Positions 1-38,542 of a stretch of 55,197 bases of DNA are shown piece by piece. Origin of the DNA: Euglena gracilis (lineage: Eukaryota); the NCBI GenBank assembly GCA_039621445.1, contig CP154954.1, positions 33,705,455-33,760,651 of the forward strand. The letters are read 5' to 3'. Every line of letters starts with the position of its first letter. Within the stretch, counting starts at the first letter, position 1. The translations under genes and the position numbers were made by a program. The notes beneath the pieces were generated by a model, which worked only from the letters and a program-made list of their open reading frames with translations, ran no database searches and had not been told where the DNA came from.

Positions 1-25370
<25,370 letters not shown>

Positions 25371-27706
25371 ATGCCAGTCGGGCCGGCAAGGGCGCCCTGG
25401 GCAGTCCTTGGAGGAGCGGGGCTGGGCAGGGGGCTGGTGGGGGTGGCGCCGGCCGGGCACCGCAGCGGCGACCGCTGCATTCGGCGCCGGCGCTGGGAGG
25501 CGGGGCGATGGGGGGGTCCAAGGGATTTCCTTCAGAAGCCAGGCCCCCTGGCAGTGTTCTGGACAGCCCTCCAAGTGTAGCGGACAAAAACGCCATCTTG
25601 GGCACCTTTTTGGCAAAAAATTGTCTGAAGTGCCACATTTTTGGCGGCGCAGGAACCCTTCTCAACCTCGAAAACCCACTCCGTTCGCAGCTGGCTTCAA
25701 AAACTCCGCCGAGTGCTGCAGGCGATCGAAAGCAAGCAAGGGGGTGGACTTGTGACAGGTCCCCTGTGTCCTGAGGGCAAGAGGACCACGTTTCTGAAAT
25801 TTCTATCCTCGAATCTACAACCAATTTTTTTTAAAAAAATCACAAAAAAACGTTGATGAATTTCCCTTCACATCTAGTTTCGAAGACGGTTCCAAATTTT
25901 TCTTGATCTAAATACGTGAATGTTACAACAGATGTGGACATTCAGTGCATCGCCTCCTGGATGAAAAGAAAAGAAACAACAATGCTTGCCTGTTTGTGTG
26001 GTTTGTCTGTGTATTCTTCAGCAAAAGATTTTGTGGGTCAGGACGATCAGGCTCAGGGGGTTCCATACCCTGGCTAATGCTAGCCCGGGTATGGGACAAA
26101 GTCGGGGGGGGGGATTGGATGCTCCTCACCTGTATATATAGAAAAGGGCCATCCACGTTGTACTGCCGTTTGGGGTCATCTTCCACCCCTCTAAAACTGT
26201 TCGTTTCTTGCAAGTTTGACCTTTTTGGGGGATTCCCCGGGCCCTGGGGGTCCGGGCGGCTGCCAGGCTGGACGCCGCTGATACTGGGAAAAAAGGGCCA
26301 ATCCAGCTGTGCTAGAGTTTTTCCAACCAGAATTTTTGAGGTGAACAAGACCCTTTCCATTTCCGGCCATTCTTGACCCCCCATTTTCTGAAAAAAATTT
26401 CGCGCTGATAAATTTCCACTCCAGCCCTGCTTCGCCGGGCTGGACAACCTTTGATCCAGTCGACCCGTCTCCCAACCGTAGCCCAGTTGGGAGATGCTGG
26501 TTGCCCCCAAAGAGAAGCGGTCTTCGCGATGCCTGCTTCCTTTCCTCTTTCCCTCCCCCATTTCGATTCTCTTTGCTCACCGATGCTGCGAATGCAGCAG
26601 AACGGGGCAGTGATCAAATGCGTTTCTATGTGACCCAAAAATTTGAGCGCTTTTCGCTGATTTCGGTCTCCGCCAAAATCTTAAGTCCCTTTTTGCTCAG
26701 CCCCCCCCCCCCAAAGTATCACCGATTTAGTGATTGATTGACTGACTGATTTAGGCCTCTCCGGGATCTCCCTGCCAATCAATTCCAAACACCCAGCATT
26801 TCACCACATAAACCGCACCGTCCAACTGTTGCCACAACTGCCAACAGGTGCATCACCACGCCCAGGCTTGCCCTATGCACAGTCCACCGAGCCACCAGTC
26901 AGCTGCTGGAGCCTCGGGTGGGGTCGAAATCCGGTCGTCCCTGTCAAGTTTTGGTTGGGCAGTTTACACTGCCTGAGTGTCGGCCCCACCCCACTCCTTC
27001 ATCCCTGCTTCTCAGTATGTCCGCTGGTTTTGCGGAGAGGCTCCCTTTGGCGCTTCAGCGCCGCAACAAGGAAATGCAGCAAACAACAACAACGAAATGC
27101 AGGAGGGACAGCGGGGCAGCGTGCCCCACGGCAATTCGTTTGCAGGCGAGAAAGGAGCGGGTGCGGAGAGGAGGTGGGCAGCAAATTCATGCGACAGTGT
27201 GCAGCAGGGCACAGGACAGAGGGCCACACGGGCTTCAACCACGCCGGCACGGCCGGTAGGCAAGGTCGGTCTTGCAGCGGTGGGCAGAGGCCAACAGAAG
27301 GTGCTGCTGTGCTGTGGGTGAAAGTTGGAGGCGCTGCGGCCGCGAGATACGGAGCAGCTGGGCCACAGCGACCTGTACGCCAAACCGGGGGGGGGGGGTC
27401 ACGGCGGCGCCAACCGGCCGTGGCAGCCATGGGCTGAGGGACGTGTGTGCGTGTGGCCCAGAAGGCAGTCGGCCCCCTGACACATGGTTCGCTAGTGAGA
27501 AAGGTGTCCCCCCAGCACACTGGCTGGGATCCCCACTGCTTCCAAGTGGGTCTCGAGTTTCGGGGAATCCACGAAACACCCACTTTTTTAAAAAAAATCA
27601 TCAACCAGCTGGGTGTTTGTTGGCTTGTCTTTCTGGGAAGGGTGTGCTGCAAATTCCACTTCCTGATTCAGGACAACCGGCAAATCGCTCACCAAAGCCC
27701 CCCTTC

Positions 27707-28021
27707 CATACCATTGCTTAGCGACCCCCGGCGTCACTTTCCATTCGGAAAAAACCAGTCAGTCACTTTCCCCAAAAAAACCAGTCAGTCACTTACCCCC
27801 CAGGGGGATAAGCCACTCTTGAATACGCAATGAACATTTGCCAAAATTCTCAAAATAATTTCTGGCGCCTTTGGCGCCAGGCCAGCCACTTTTCATTTCG
27901 GGCCCACCCCACCCCTGGGGGGGGGGGCTCTTGGCCAGAAAACCAGTCAGTCACTCTGAAAAAACCAGTCAGTTACCCCCCCGGTGGGGGTGGGGTGGGA
28001 CAGGCATTAAGCAATGGTATG
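27707..28021. mobile_element. hAT-like MITE with CAT...ATG termini
   Basis: Perfect 14-bp TIR CATACCATTGCTTA; perfect TSD CCCCCTTC; AAAACCAGTCAGTCAC subrepeats; fragments near 5990-6045 and 53280-54040. Confidence 0.9.
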
Positions 28022-28771
28022 CCCCCTTCCCAGTACAGACCCAAAGCCCGAAAAAGGGGGGTGCTGGCCTGAAATGAGGGTTATAAATGAGAGGGGGGGG
28101 GGCACAAATATCCTTTCCCATCTGCAGGAGCCACGCCAAAGTGGTTCGATCACGTATTCGCCGTCGACTTTGCCCACCTTCCACTTGACATATGACCACC
28201 TTTTTCATGGTTTTTAGCTTTAACATTTGAATGGGGGGGGGTATGATTAGGAGGGTGGCTCCGAGTTGCAACCTCAGCTTTGGATGACATGAAACCATGT
28301 TGGTTTCGAGACCTTAAAGTGCTTAAATCTTCGCCCTGAACATGGTTTCAGATGCAAAACAATGTTTTGGGCCAAGGTTTCAGGGGGGCAAGGGGGGCGA
28401 GCTGGATTGAAATCGGAAAAATGCCAAAAAAATGACCTGCAGAACACAGTTTTGAAAAAATGATGCATCTGAAACCCCCCAAAAATGCCCCAAACGCCCC
28501 CCAAACCCCATTTTTGGCCACTTTTGAACACAGTTTTTCAAAAATTTTCGGCGCTTTGCGCCGAAAATTTTGGGCTGTACCCCCCAAAAGGGGCTGGCTA
28601 GCTAGCACCCCCCCCTGGGGGGAGGAGGGGGTGGCAGGGATCGCGGCACCTTTGGCGCCACGGTCCCCACCCCCGTACTACCCCTGCTGTTTGTCCGAAA
28701 CGGAGTTTGCAGTCAGGGATCAGAACTTCCCATCTTTGCGCCAGCCTGAGCATTTGCTTGCACGCTGCCGT

Positions 28772-31700
28772 TCACTTGAAGTACCGGACGAAGTCCCCTT
28801 TCTGGAGGCGGCAGAACTGGGTCAGGGGCTGGGGGGTGCCCTCCAGCCAGATCGGCACGGTGCTGTCTGCGAGGTGGAGTAGGCGGGAAGATCCGGGAAA
28901 GAAAAAAGAGGGAATACCGCCCAACCCAAATGACCCGATGCCAGATAATTGGAACCATCTTTTTGCCCTCCCCTTGCCAATTTATTTGGGCCTTGTTTCC
29001 AGCGCTGATGAGAACTTGTGTTCAAAAAAAAAAGCCAGGTTGTTGGTATCATCTTTTTTTATCCTTCTTGGGTCGCAAAACCGCACCATAATTTAAAACC
29101 CAATTTTTTTGTTGGAAGTTGGACAGCGAAAAAGTACCGAAGGTTGAAGTTCAGGTTCAGGTTGAAAGCCCAGAAAATCCTCCAAACAACCATGTTCAGT
29201 TGGCAACGTGGCCCCCTCCCCTTCTTCACCGCTTTCCCTTGCCCCCCCCACCAGGTTATTCGGGCATTGCCGGGGGCAAAAGCTCCTCCAGGTTTGGGGT
29301 TTAGGGCTCCTCTTCAAGACAACCCTGGGGGGGTTCAATAAGATAAGTACCCGCCCCTCCCCCTTGTTGTATGACCGGGTTCCTGCAACCTGTGACCAGG
29401 GGGGGTGGTCGTAACACCCCCATAACCTGCAACCTGTGACCGGGGGGTGGTCGTAAATGAGGGGGCGGTCATAGGTAAGGTGGTGTTAAAATTCTTGCAA
29501 CCTGCAACCTGTGACCGGGGGGGGGGTGGTCATAACACCCCCATGACCTGCAACCTGTGACCGGGGGTGGTCGTAAATGAGGGGTGGTCGTACGACTAGG
29601 GGGGGGGGGTAAGATGCCGGACATGAAAATTCTTTGATCCAAAACGAGGGGTCACTTTCGCTCCTCCACAAGTAATAACCCCTCAAATGATATACCTACC
29701 TTCATCCAAACATTTACCCCCCACCAACTCCTTTTGAAAGAAACCAGGCTTGGTAGAAACTCAAGAGTTTCCTCTGAAAACAGCTATCATTGAAATTGAA
29801 CCAGTACAAAACTTGAAACAGAGCGTCAAATGTGTTTGGATATAAAGCAAAACTGAGTTACTTGGAGTTCTAAGAAATACACCCAACTCATACCCCCATT
29901 GTCCCAGACTTCAAATGCCCAAGGTGATATACCCTCAAATAACATTGTATTATGCCCGTTATATTATGCATTATTGAAGGTATATTCTTGTTTAAAGGTT
30001 GGAAATGCCGAATCAAAACATGCAATCTGTCCGCAAAAAAACGCAAAAAAAATGACAAAAAATCAACAAAATTTTTGGCCTCAGGGGAAAATGAGGTCCA
30101 AAAAGCGAAAATTTTCCAAGTTCAAAAGTTTCCAGCAGACATGGATTTGCATTCCCTCCTCCCTTGTCCTGGACATTGAGGCTTCCCCCACCAGGGCTCT
30201 TTCAGGGAAGAGGCCTTTTTTTTTTTTGCCGTGATGGCACCTGCCCAAAGGAGGCACCTGGGTTGGTTTGGGCTGGAATTTAGTCTGTCCCAAGCAAACT
30301 TGTCCTTAAAATATAAGCCACACGGGCCCTGGCCACTTCAATGTCGGAGGGGGGGGGAATACAGTCCACCCAAAACGTGAACACCCGGGGGGGGGTCAGA
30401 AATGCCCTACCCCTGCCAGCCCGGAGAACGCCGCGGGGGTGCTCACTTCAAAAAGGGTCTGTTCCGCACCGTTGCCATTGCTGATCACATGCCACGCAGT
30501 CGGTGGCGTGTTGTGCTCCCAGGAGGTCCGCACACCGTTCCCTTGGTTGCTCCACCAGAAGCGTCTCCGCCAAGCAGGAATCACAGCCAGAGTCGTTTTC
30601 GCCCAAACACGGTATGCGGGGGCGTATCGTCCTGGCACCAATAGCAAATCCTCTGCAGTCCCGGAGAGGGCTTCGTCTGTCCCAGACATTTTTTCAGACG
30701 TCGAAGGTTTTCCTTAAGGACACCCGGGGGGGGTGTCCGGCGGGCTGGCTGGAAAAAGGTGCTGGCTGCACCCCCCCCCCCCTGGGGTGGGGTCCAGTGG
30801 GGAGGTCTGGCCAGCTGAGAGCTGGACCCGGCGGGCACCCCAAAAAGGCCCCCTCGAAAGCCAAATACAGCTAAAAGCTGGGTTGGAGCAAAAATTTAGA
30901 GGCGAACACCCAGAAACCACCCAAAAATGCCATTTTTGGCCATTCTCAAAAATCTGGCGCTTTGTGCCAAAACATCCAACCCGGCTTTGCCGGGCTGGCC
31001 CGAACTTTATTTCAGCGGACCCACCCCCCCTGGCTGGGAGGTGCTGGCTGAAAAAAAGGTGCTGGCTGGCTGCCCCCGGGGGCGGGGTAGGAAAACTCTC
31101 CGGCTTAAGAAAACCCCTGGTCGGCGGCATTCGGAGGTTTGTGACACTTTGGAGATTTCATTTACTTTTACATCATTGTGAAAAAAAATCAGATTCTGAA
31201 GGGTGGCGGCAGTTGTGTCAGATGTAAGGGCAAAAATTAGGCCATTTTCAGTTCTTCTGGCCAATGGACAAGAATTTCGGGCCATTGTGGTCCATGTTGA
31301 CAAAATATCAATCATTCTCAACCATTTTCGGGCCATTTTTGGGGGCTTGCGCCATTTTTGCCATTCGCAATTTGGGGCAATTCATTCTTGCCATCCTCCA
31401 TTGAACATCATGGGAAAATGGTGAATGAATTTTCTTTCTAAATGTCGTGGGGAATGTCATATGTTATTATTTGAGGCCAAATAAATAAACAAAAAATACA
31501 GAGGAAAAAATAGAGGAAAAATGGAGGGATTGCGTTCGCCAGTTTTGTCCATCCCAATTTTCGACCCCCCCCCCTACTCCCCAAGAATTAATATCGAAAC
31601 ACCCAACTGGGTGATAAACCACTCCACAGGGACCGAGTGTTATAAATTGGTGATATCTTCTGATCTTGATATTGAGATTCGTGATATCTTGAGATCTTGA

Positions 31701-34700
31701 GGACACATGGAAAATGAGGCTCTGCGTGGCTTGCTGTGCATTTCGCCACCATTGAAATGGAAGATGCTGGGCGTGGTGTCTGAGAGGGGTGGAAGTGGAG
31801 GGTATTTGCACTTTGCATGCAAATGGCGTCCATACCCATGGGCGTGTGCATACCCTGCTTGTGGGGCGTGCCAATGAACAACGTGTGTGGGATGTGCTCA
31901 TGAACAAGGTGCTCCGTATCCATGAACAGTGCACACATACCCCCCTTGTGTCTGGCAAACACTGACATCACAAAAAGTGTTCCTTGTGTGCAACTGCTTG
32001 TACGAGGAACCCGCACCACTAACACACCTCACCGACTGTTGCATATTTTATGATGCTTGATTGTGTTCCACGTGAAAAAAATTTTCATTGCCCATTTCTT
32101 CGAAGCCAAAAACCTTGTCCATGAAGGTCGCAGCAAGTCCAAAAAATCCCCTCCGTTGGTGTTGTTCGGGGGGGGGGGGTCCGACTTCGGATCCCCGAAG
32201 TCGGACCCTGAGGGGGGCAGTAATATTTGGGGGGGGGGTCATTTGGGGGGTTATATTTGGGGGGAGGTTTTATTTCAATTTATGGGTGGAATTTGGATGG
32301 GACTGGATAAATTTCCCCCCATTTACAAAGAACCTTATCCCAACCTTATCCCAAGTACAATGCGGACAAAAATTGCGGTTAGACAAAAACTACAGGAAGA
32401 ATATCACGGGAAGAATATTTTGGGAAATGATTGATTCGAAAAAAAAATTATGGGAAATTTCATAATTTGAGGAAAGTGATGGAACGTAATGAATATTTTA
32501 GGCAAAAAATGCAGCTCAAAATTCCAAGAAATGGTCAAGATGGACGTCTGATGTTCGTTTTCGTGATTTTTTTTTGCAAAATAAACCCAAGAAAATGGCA
32601 ACATTAGGTAAACCCGCTCTTTGTGTTTAAATTTGACCACCCTGCTGTTCAGAGCACCCTTGAGAGTGGTCCCCGCCAAAAAGGTCGTAGGAAGGGTACA
32701 CTGGATAAAAAGTTACAGGAATAAAAGTTATGGGAATTTGGGGTGGTTTCCTGTATTTTTGTCTCCTGTGATTATTTTCCGGATTCCACTAATAATTCTA
32801 CCACATATACAATGGATCTAAAGCGGTGGGGAGAATGTTTGAGAAACCAGACAACGGTTGGATTCTAAACAGCAATTGTTGAATTCTGCAAAGACTTTCT
32901 GGAGGTCTCAAACCATCATTATGGAAACGCCATCTCCTTACGGCAACACGAAGGCAACACACGGCCCACAAAACCCAGACACACACACGCGCGCGCGCGC
33001 ACACACACAACCAGACATGTGTGCAGACTTGTGCGACAGTTGTGCAAATTGTGCTGGCAGAAGTCGGCCTCTGCCCGCCACACGTTCTGGATGATGGTCC
33101 GCAACAGACTTCCTCCACAACCCCCGGTGAGTCATGACAGAGCCACCTGTCCCCAATGGCTATTTGCCAGGGGGATGTGGAGTCTCCACTTCGGCAGTGT
33201 AACTTGCCCTTAAATATTTTTTTCCTTAGTCGGTGTGCGCATTTTCGTCAACCTGCATATTTTTTAGATAGAAATGGGCTGTTGAAGAACTCTGTCGCAT
33301 GCTGGGTGTTATGTTATGTACCTCATATTCTGGGTGACACCCGCCCGTAGACCCCAGCTTTCAAAGTTCCTGTTCCATCTCTCGTCCTGGGGCACCAGAT
33401 CACATCCTGATGATAATTTGGTTTTGGGAGTCAGGTGTTGTCACCCAAATTGTTACTTCCATCAAAATGTTACTTGTGTCGCATGTGAATTTCCACTCCT
33501 GTTGGAACAAACTTCAGAAACCTGCACAACGTGTCGCAGGGCTTCAGAAAGCAAGCAAAGCCCTGTCATCCCACCCCCAAACACCACCTCGCTGGCAAGA
33601 AATGAGGGGGGCAAGGACTGCGGTTTCGATTATTTCTGGCAAATTTCTCATTTCAGGGAGGTCAACATCAAAGGTTTCACAGCTTGGAGACGTGTTTCAG
33701 AGGGTCAGAAAGACCAAGTTTGCACCATTTCCTGTGGTGTCACCACTGGAAAATTTTGAAGATCAACAAACGGAGGGGGGTGTCACACGCAGTGCAAAAA
33801 ATCTTAACCTCAACCTTCCAAAGATAAAAACTGTGTCGGTGTGCGTAAATGCGCACACAGACACAAAATCCCTCAAGTGCGAGTTACGCCGCCTAAGTTC
33901 CAGGCCCTGTTGGGCAGGACCACTGAGCGGCGAGGGGCTGGTTGTGCGGGAGCCTGGGCTCATTGCAGTCCAGGACGGGGCAGGGGCGTCCTGTGCTTGG
34001 CTGGGTTTGGGGGGTGGGGGGGGGTGGCGCTCTGCGACGCCGTCCACTGAGAGGAAAACCATGGGGTGGTTGTTGGTTGTCTTGGCGACGGGCCACCGGG
34101 CCATTCCCATAAATCGTATGGGCCACTGAGCTTGGCCAATGCTTTCTCAAGAACAGGACCCAAGCCAGCCAGGTGTCCGGTTGAGTGGTGGAACCACATG
34201 GGCTGCTGGACCCAGGGTATTCAGTGAGTGGGGGGGGGGAGGAGGTGGTCTCTGACCCCTGGGGGGGTCAACATCTTCCTTCCCTCTGGGGAAAAGAAAA
34301 CCTGACGCGAAGCGCCGTAAAAAATTTTTGAGGGCTATTTTGTTTCCAGGTGACTTTTTCAACAAATTGACAAAAAAAAACAGTTGATAAAAACTTAAGT
34401 TTTACAGCACAAAGCGCTGGGGGAAAGAGTTTTTTTTTTGACCCCCCAGCTTGGAAAAAAAAACGGTGCTCCGGACCCCCCTTCCACTCCCTGTACAAAA
34501 CCAACGCTCACTTTACACCCTGGACTTCCACTGGTGTTTTATTCCTGCCCTCAAAACCAAACTTTCGGACCATGCAAAATGGGAGGGACTGCCCATAAAC
34601 GCTGGCCAGGGCAAAAAAAGGGAGGGTTTCAAGGAATTTGGTCAACTTCGTTGCGTGGCTCACTGTGCCCCTGGTTTCGGCAAATATCGTCAGATCGAGT

Positions 34701-36901
34701 GCAAAAAAAAATATAAATGAAACAATACTGCCGGGTTGAGACAACTCAGGGGAGTAGGGCAGTGGGATCCAGGACCAGGCTGACGTTGGGCTGGGCTCTT
34801 CTCCTAAAGCAGAGAGCACGCCCACTCCCAAAACCCCATCTGGACTGCCACCCCACCGCGACTTGTCGGTGAACCAAGATCTTGCCACGGGACCCCCCGG
34901 GGCGATGCTCCGGTTCTGGGCTCGCCACTGGAGGTACGCCAGGCCGACGAAGCCCTGGTCGGTGGCCGCCTTCTGGACGGCGTTGCTCTTCGGGTTCCTC
35001 TTTCGGTACTCCTGTTGGCAGGGGGTGCGCTGGGCCCCCCCTTCCGACAAACCAAAACCACCCCAAATGCAGAGAAATGTCCCAAATTAAAAATGCACTC
35101 AAACGTCACTTGAGACACAGTAAGGTTTGCCCTCTTGGGCACAAGCCCTCCCCAAATGTTCTCACAGCGACCCATCTTGCCGATCCTCTCACAAGCACAT
35201 CAGCTCCGTGGCAAATTCAAAACAAGACTATTTCCGAGTGGTAAACTGGTATTTCTGAAAAACAAAACAAGCATAAAACATTCTTATTGGCTACCCCCCC
35301 CCCAAGCACAAGCCTGGTCACTTGTGCATGCCTTTATATATGGAAAGTTCATAATCCACAAAAACAAGCAAAGAATTTGTCCACGCAAGTGTGAAACGTA
35401 AAAACCATCAACAAATTAAAACTTAACGCACTTTTACCTTGAAATCCCAAAAAAGTTGAGAATGCTCGTGCTCTTTGTAGTGTAAAGTTTGTTTGCAAAC
35501 ACACACACACACACACACACATACACGCCAGAGGTGCAACCTTCCTTTTTTGTTTTTAAAAACATGCTGCATGATTGTTAAAATTTGACAGAAAGGTAAT
35601 TTTCTTTGAAAGGTTTATTATGACTTTGCATTTCATTTCACAAAAATTGAAATATACAGTCCCCTCTCCAATGAAGAGCATCTGCAAGTGCACAATCCAT
35701 ACTGCGGCTAACTGGTACAACTCGGTAACGGCACCAGCCTTGCCGATGAGTGCACCACTATTCAGTCCCCCATAGCCACTTGCAGGGCCTCGGCATCGGA
35801 TAAAATGTTTCTGGGGAGGTTTTCTTCCCAACGTAATTACTGCACTATACTTTATATGTAACTATACATAAAATTTGCCTCTCCTCCATTACCGATAAAA
35901 TGACCAGTACCACCTGTGCTCTTTACCAGGGGTTGGAACCAAGACACTTTATATATTTGTTTTGCACATGGAAACAACATCCCAAAAAGGGGAATGAAGA
36001 GTGTGCTAAAAAAGAGGGTGATCATTAGACAATGCCCTTGTGTCTCCTGGTGGATTCTCCATTCTTCAACTCACCGGCATAGTGGGGCTTCGCCCTCAGA
36101 AGAAGAGCGCCATGGGAATGGGGTGAAGGCAGGCTTCGACTTAAAGGCAGGTGGGGGGGGGTCGGACCCCCTTCGGTCGAGGTGGGGGGTGGGGGGACCC
36201 CCACCTAAACCCTGTATGGCTCTCCTTATAGCGAACCCTTGGTGAGGGGCCGGGGGCCTGGCTGGAGGGCTGGCGGGGGAACCGCTCGTAGCATGTCTGG
36301 CCGAGCATTTCATTGTAACACGCCCGCTCGCACCCTGGGCCGACGGGACCCTCGCATAAAAGAACCTGACGTTCACACACACCACACCTCACACCTTCAC
36401 AGACACACACACGCGCGCGCGCACACACACACACACACACACATTCACACACATTAGGATTTCCATTAGCTAAACTTGGACTAGCTGCAGTACAGCCATC
36501 CGGGGAGGGGGTTAATGCGAACCCGAAAGCAAAGGGCTGGTGCATACGCAGAGGGTGGATGTATGTTTGTGTTTGTTGGCGGGTGGTTGTAGCATTTTTT
36601 TTTGCAAGATATCGCATCCACAAGTCGCTGTCAGGAGTTAGTCTGCTTGCCTGGATCCTTTATTTCCCAAATAATTTCAACCAGCCACCGGCCATCTTAA
36701 GATATCCCTAATTCTTTGTCCTTCACCGTACAAAAAGCAAGCGTTTGTAGCAATTCCACAATTCAAAGACAAACAACGAAACCAACCCCCACAGTCGCCG
36801 CAATCAATTTCACATTTCTTGATCTTTTCATGAAAATATAAAAAAAATTCTCACAAAACAGGGAAACTGGTGGAGATTGTGTTTGCGCGTGCACGCGCGT
36901 T

Positions 36902-36986
<85 letters not shown>

Positions 36987-38542
36987 TTTGTGCTGAGCCT
37001 GTGCATGTGTGCGCGCGCATGTGTGGGGGATGGGTGGGTTGGTGTGGTATGTTGTGTAAGGGCGTGTGTGCAGAAGTGTTGTGCCCATTGTGCATATGCA
37101 TGTGCGTGCATGCGTGTCTGGGTGGGTGAATGCATGCACCAATGCATTCACGTGCACACACATAAACCATTTTGGATTCTTGCACGCTCAATACAAAAAA
37201 AAACAACCACACTTGATTTTTTGAATGAGAATTCAGTAGTTGCCTTATGACCGGTTCAACCACACAACATACACGCATGTGTAACATGGATATAAAAGAA
37301 GGTAACAATAATGCAGACATGGTCATACATACAGACAATTTACTCAATCATCATTGCATACCGACCACCACGTCCGCGTTCAGCTCCCGGTAGCGCCGAG
37401 CGATGGTTGCCTCAGCATCCGCAAACAGGACGTCGAAGGCATCCACCATCACCACCACCGTGTCCGGCGGCACCGTCTGATGGGCCAGGGGAGGGGGTGA
37501 GGAGACGGGCCCCCCTAATCCGCATCAGTCAGGCACGCAGGCAGCCATGGCGCCGCAGCCCCCCCCCCCCCCCCGCTCCTTTGCTTGTGTCTGGTGGCTG
37601 CAGCCTGATGGTTGATGCAAGGCACTGCCTGATAGTGATCACTGATGGTTGGTGCGCGGCGCAGCGTTCCGCCGCCGCCGAGAATCTGCCAGCGGGGGCG
37701 TTGAGGCGGGGCGGGTGGCCCTGGGCACCCTCCCCGCCCGTCCCCTAGTCCCCGGTCACGCCCCCCCCCCCCCCCGTCTCCGGGCCGAGGGGCCACACCT
37801 TGAGGGCGGCCAGGATGAGGGGGATCTTGACCACCTTCGTCTTCTTTGTCAGGTGCTTCTCGTGCCACCCAAACACGTGCATCGGAGGCCCGGGCCCCCA
37901 CCCTCTCGGAGAGGACATCCAGGCGGAGAAATCCAGAGGGCTTTGGGAGGCTGCTGTCACGAAAGAGCGCCGGCCGTACCCCAGCGGGTGGGCTGGGGGC
38001 CTGGCCGTGATGTTGTTGCGGACGGCGCTGCGGAGCATGTCGCACACGAAGCCATACTGCCGCGACGCGATGGTGAAGAAGAAGAGCTCCCCAGGCCGGG
38101 GACTGGGGCGCAGGTCCTCGGGCAAGGGATCCGGGTGGAGCTCCTTGGGCGGAGGATTCGGGCTGAGCTCCTCGGGCGGGGGACGGGGGCGGGGGCACTC
38201 CACGCGATGGGTGAGGCTGTGGGGGTTTCTGCAGGCATGCAGACACAGCTGCTTTCTTTCTGGGCGGAATCGCCCCCCCCCCCCGGCATCCTCTATACTA
38301 CGGCACAGGTCAGCGGTGCCGGCGTTCAATGCTGGTTGGCTTGCTGGAAGGCACTTCGTTGGTGGCTCTGCTCCACCTTCCGAGAGTTTGCTGTGGCATG
38401 GCCTGGGGGGGGGGGAGAGGACGGCCCCCGGGTTGGGAGGGAGGGGGGAGGGCTCAGCGGAGACGGCCCCCGCCACCAGCAGCATCAGCCACACCGCCGC
38501 CACAATGATGGCAGCGCGGGGGCGGAGCAGTGTGTGCGCCAT
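28772..38542 (-). CDS. PLOD-type (lysyl hydroxylase GT domain-like) glycosyltransferase with N-terminal signal/anchor and Pro-rich stem; appears complete
   Basis: Exons: 38542-37799 (may contain in-frame introns 38402-38229 and ~38005-37883), 37476-37362, 36334-36264, 35777-35703, 35011-34894, 33990-33960, 33099-33029, 31779-31728, 30582-30536, 28866-28772 (TGA). Motifs in family order: FTIAS..MLRSA, HVFGW..KIPLI, VVMVDAFDVLF (DxD-like), GCERAC, LNSGALIG, TDQG, LDCNETIIQNV, PSIFHFNG. Confidence 0.85.
29370..29612. repeat. Tandem repeat with unit core CCTGCAACCTGTGACCGGGGG(G)TGGTCGTAA
   Basis: Four cores arranged as two higher-order copies of about 120 bp. Confidence 0.85.
30583..31727 (-). 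other. Nonconventional intron (glycosyltransferase)
   Basis: CC|ACG-CAGAGCCTCATTTTC...GAAAACGACTCTG-GCTGT|G; paired ends with a 2-nt bulge; in frame (HSK-P-IPAWRRRFWW). Confidence 0.75.
30702..31119. mobile_element. hAT-like MITE, left terminus decayed, nested in a nonconventional intron
   Basis: Right end CTTAAGAAAACCCCTG; left end CGAAGGTTTTCCTTAAG; homolog of 24994-25259. Confidence 0.78.
33100..33959 (-). other. Nonconventional intron (glycosyltransferase)
   Basis: GA|GCC-CAGGCTCCCGCACAACC...GGTTGTGGAGGAAGTCTG-TTGCG|G; long stem; restores LDCNE/TIIQNV with family spacing. Confidence 0.82.
33225..33897. mobile_element. CTTAG-terminal element nested in a nonconventional intron
   Basis: CTTAGTCGGTG...CGCCGCCTAAG; homologous to 4250-4897 and 40140-40870. 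Confidence 0.7.
35778..36263 (-). other. Nonconventional intron (glycosyltransferase)
   Basis: TCC|AGC-CAGGCCCCCGGC...GCCGAGGCCCTG-CAAGT|GGC; 10/12 paired ends; gives FPRQPS/GYGGLNSG. A GC-AG alternative would add 7 aa. Confidence 0.7.
36130..36240. mobile_element. Short hAT-like MITE nested in a nonconventional intron
   Basis: CAGGCTTCG...CGAACCCTT; TSD GGTGAAGG/GGTGAGGG; related to 42127-42252. Confidence 0.75.
37362..37476 (-). CDS. Glycosyltransferase exon with DAFD motif
   Basis: tcag|TVPPDTVVVMVDAFDVLFADAEATIARRYRELNADVVV-G|gtatgc. Confidence 0.88.

Noticed and set aside
26829-27652. Overlapping GC-rich ORFs between MED12 and the glycosyltransferase
   Set aside because: No recognisable domain and no consistent exon chain.
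29370-29612. CRISPR-like repeated units
   Set aside because: The intervening sequences are themselves duplicated, there are no cas genes, and the context is eukaryotic.
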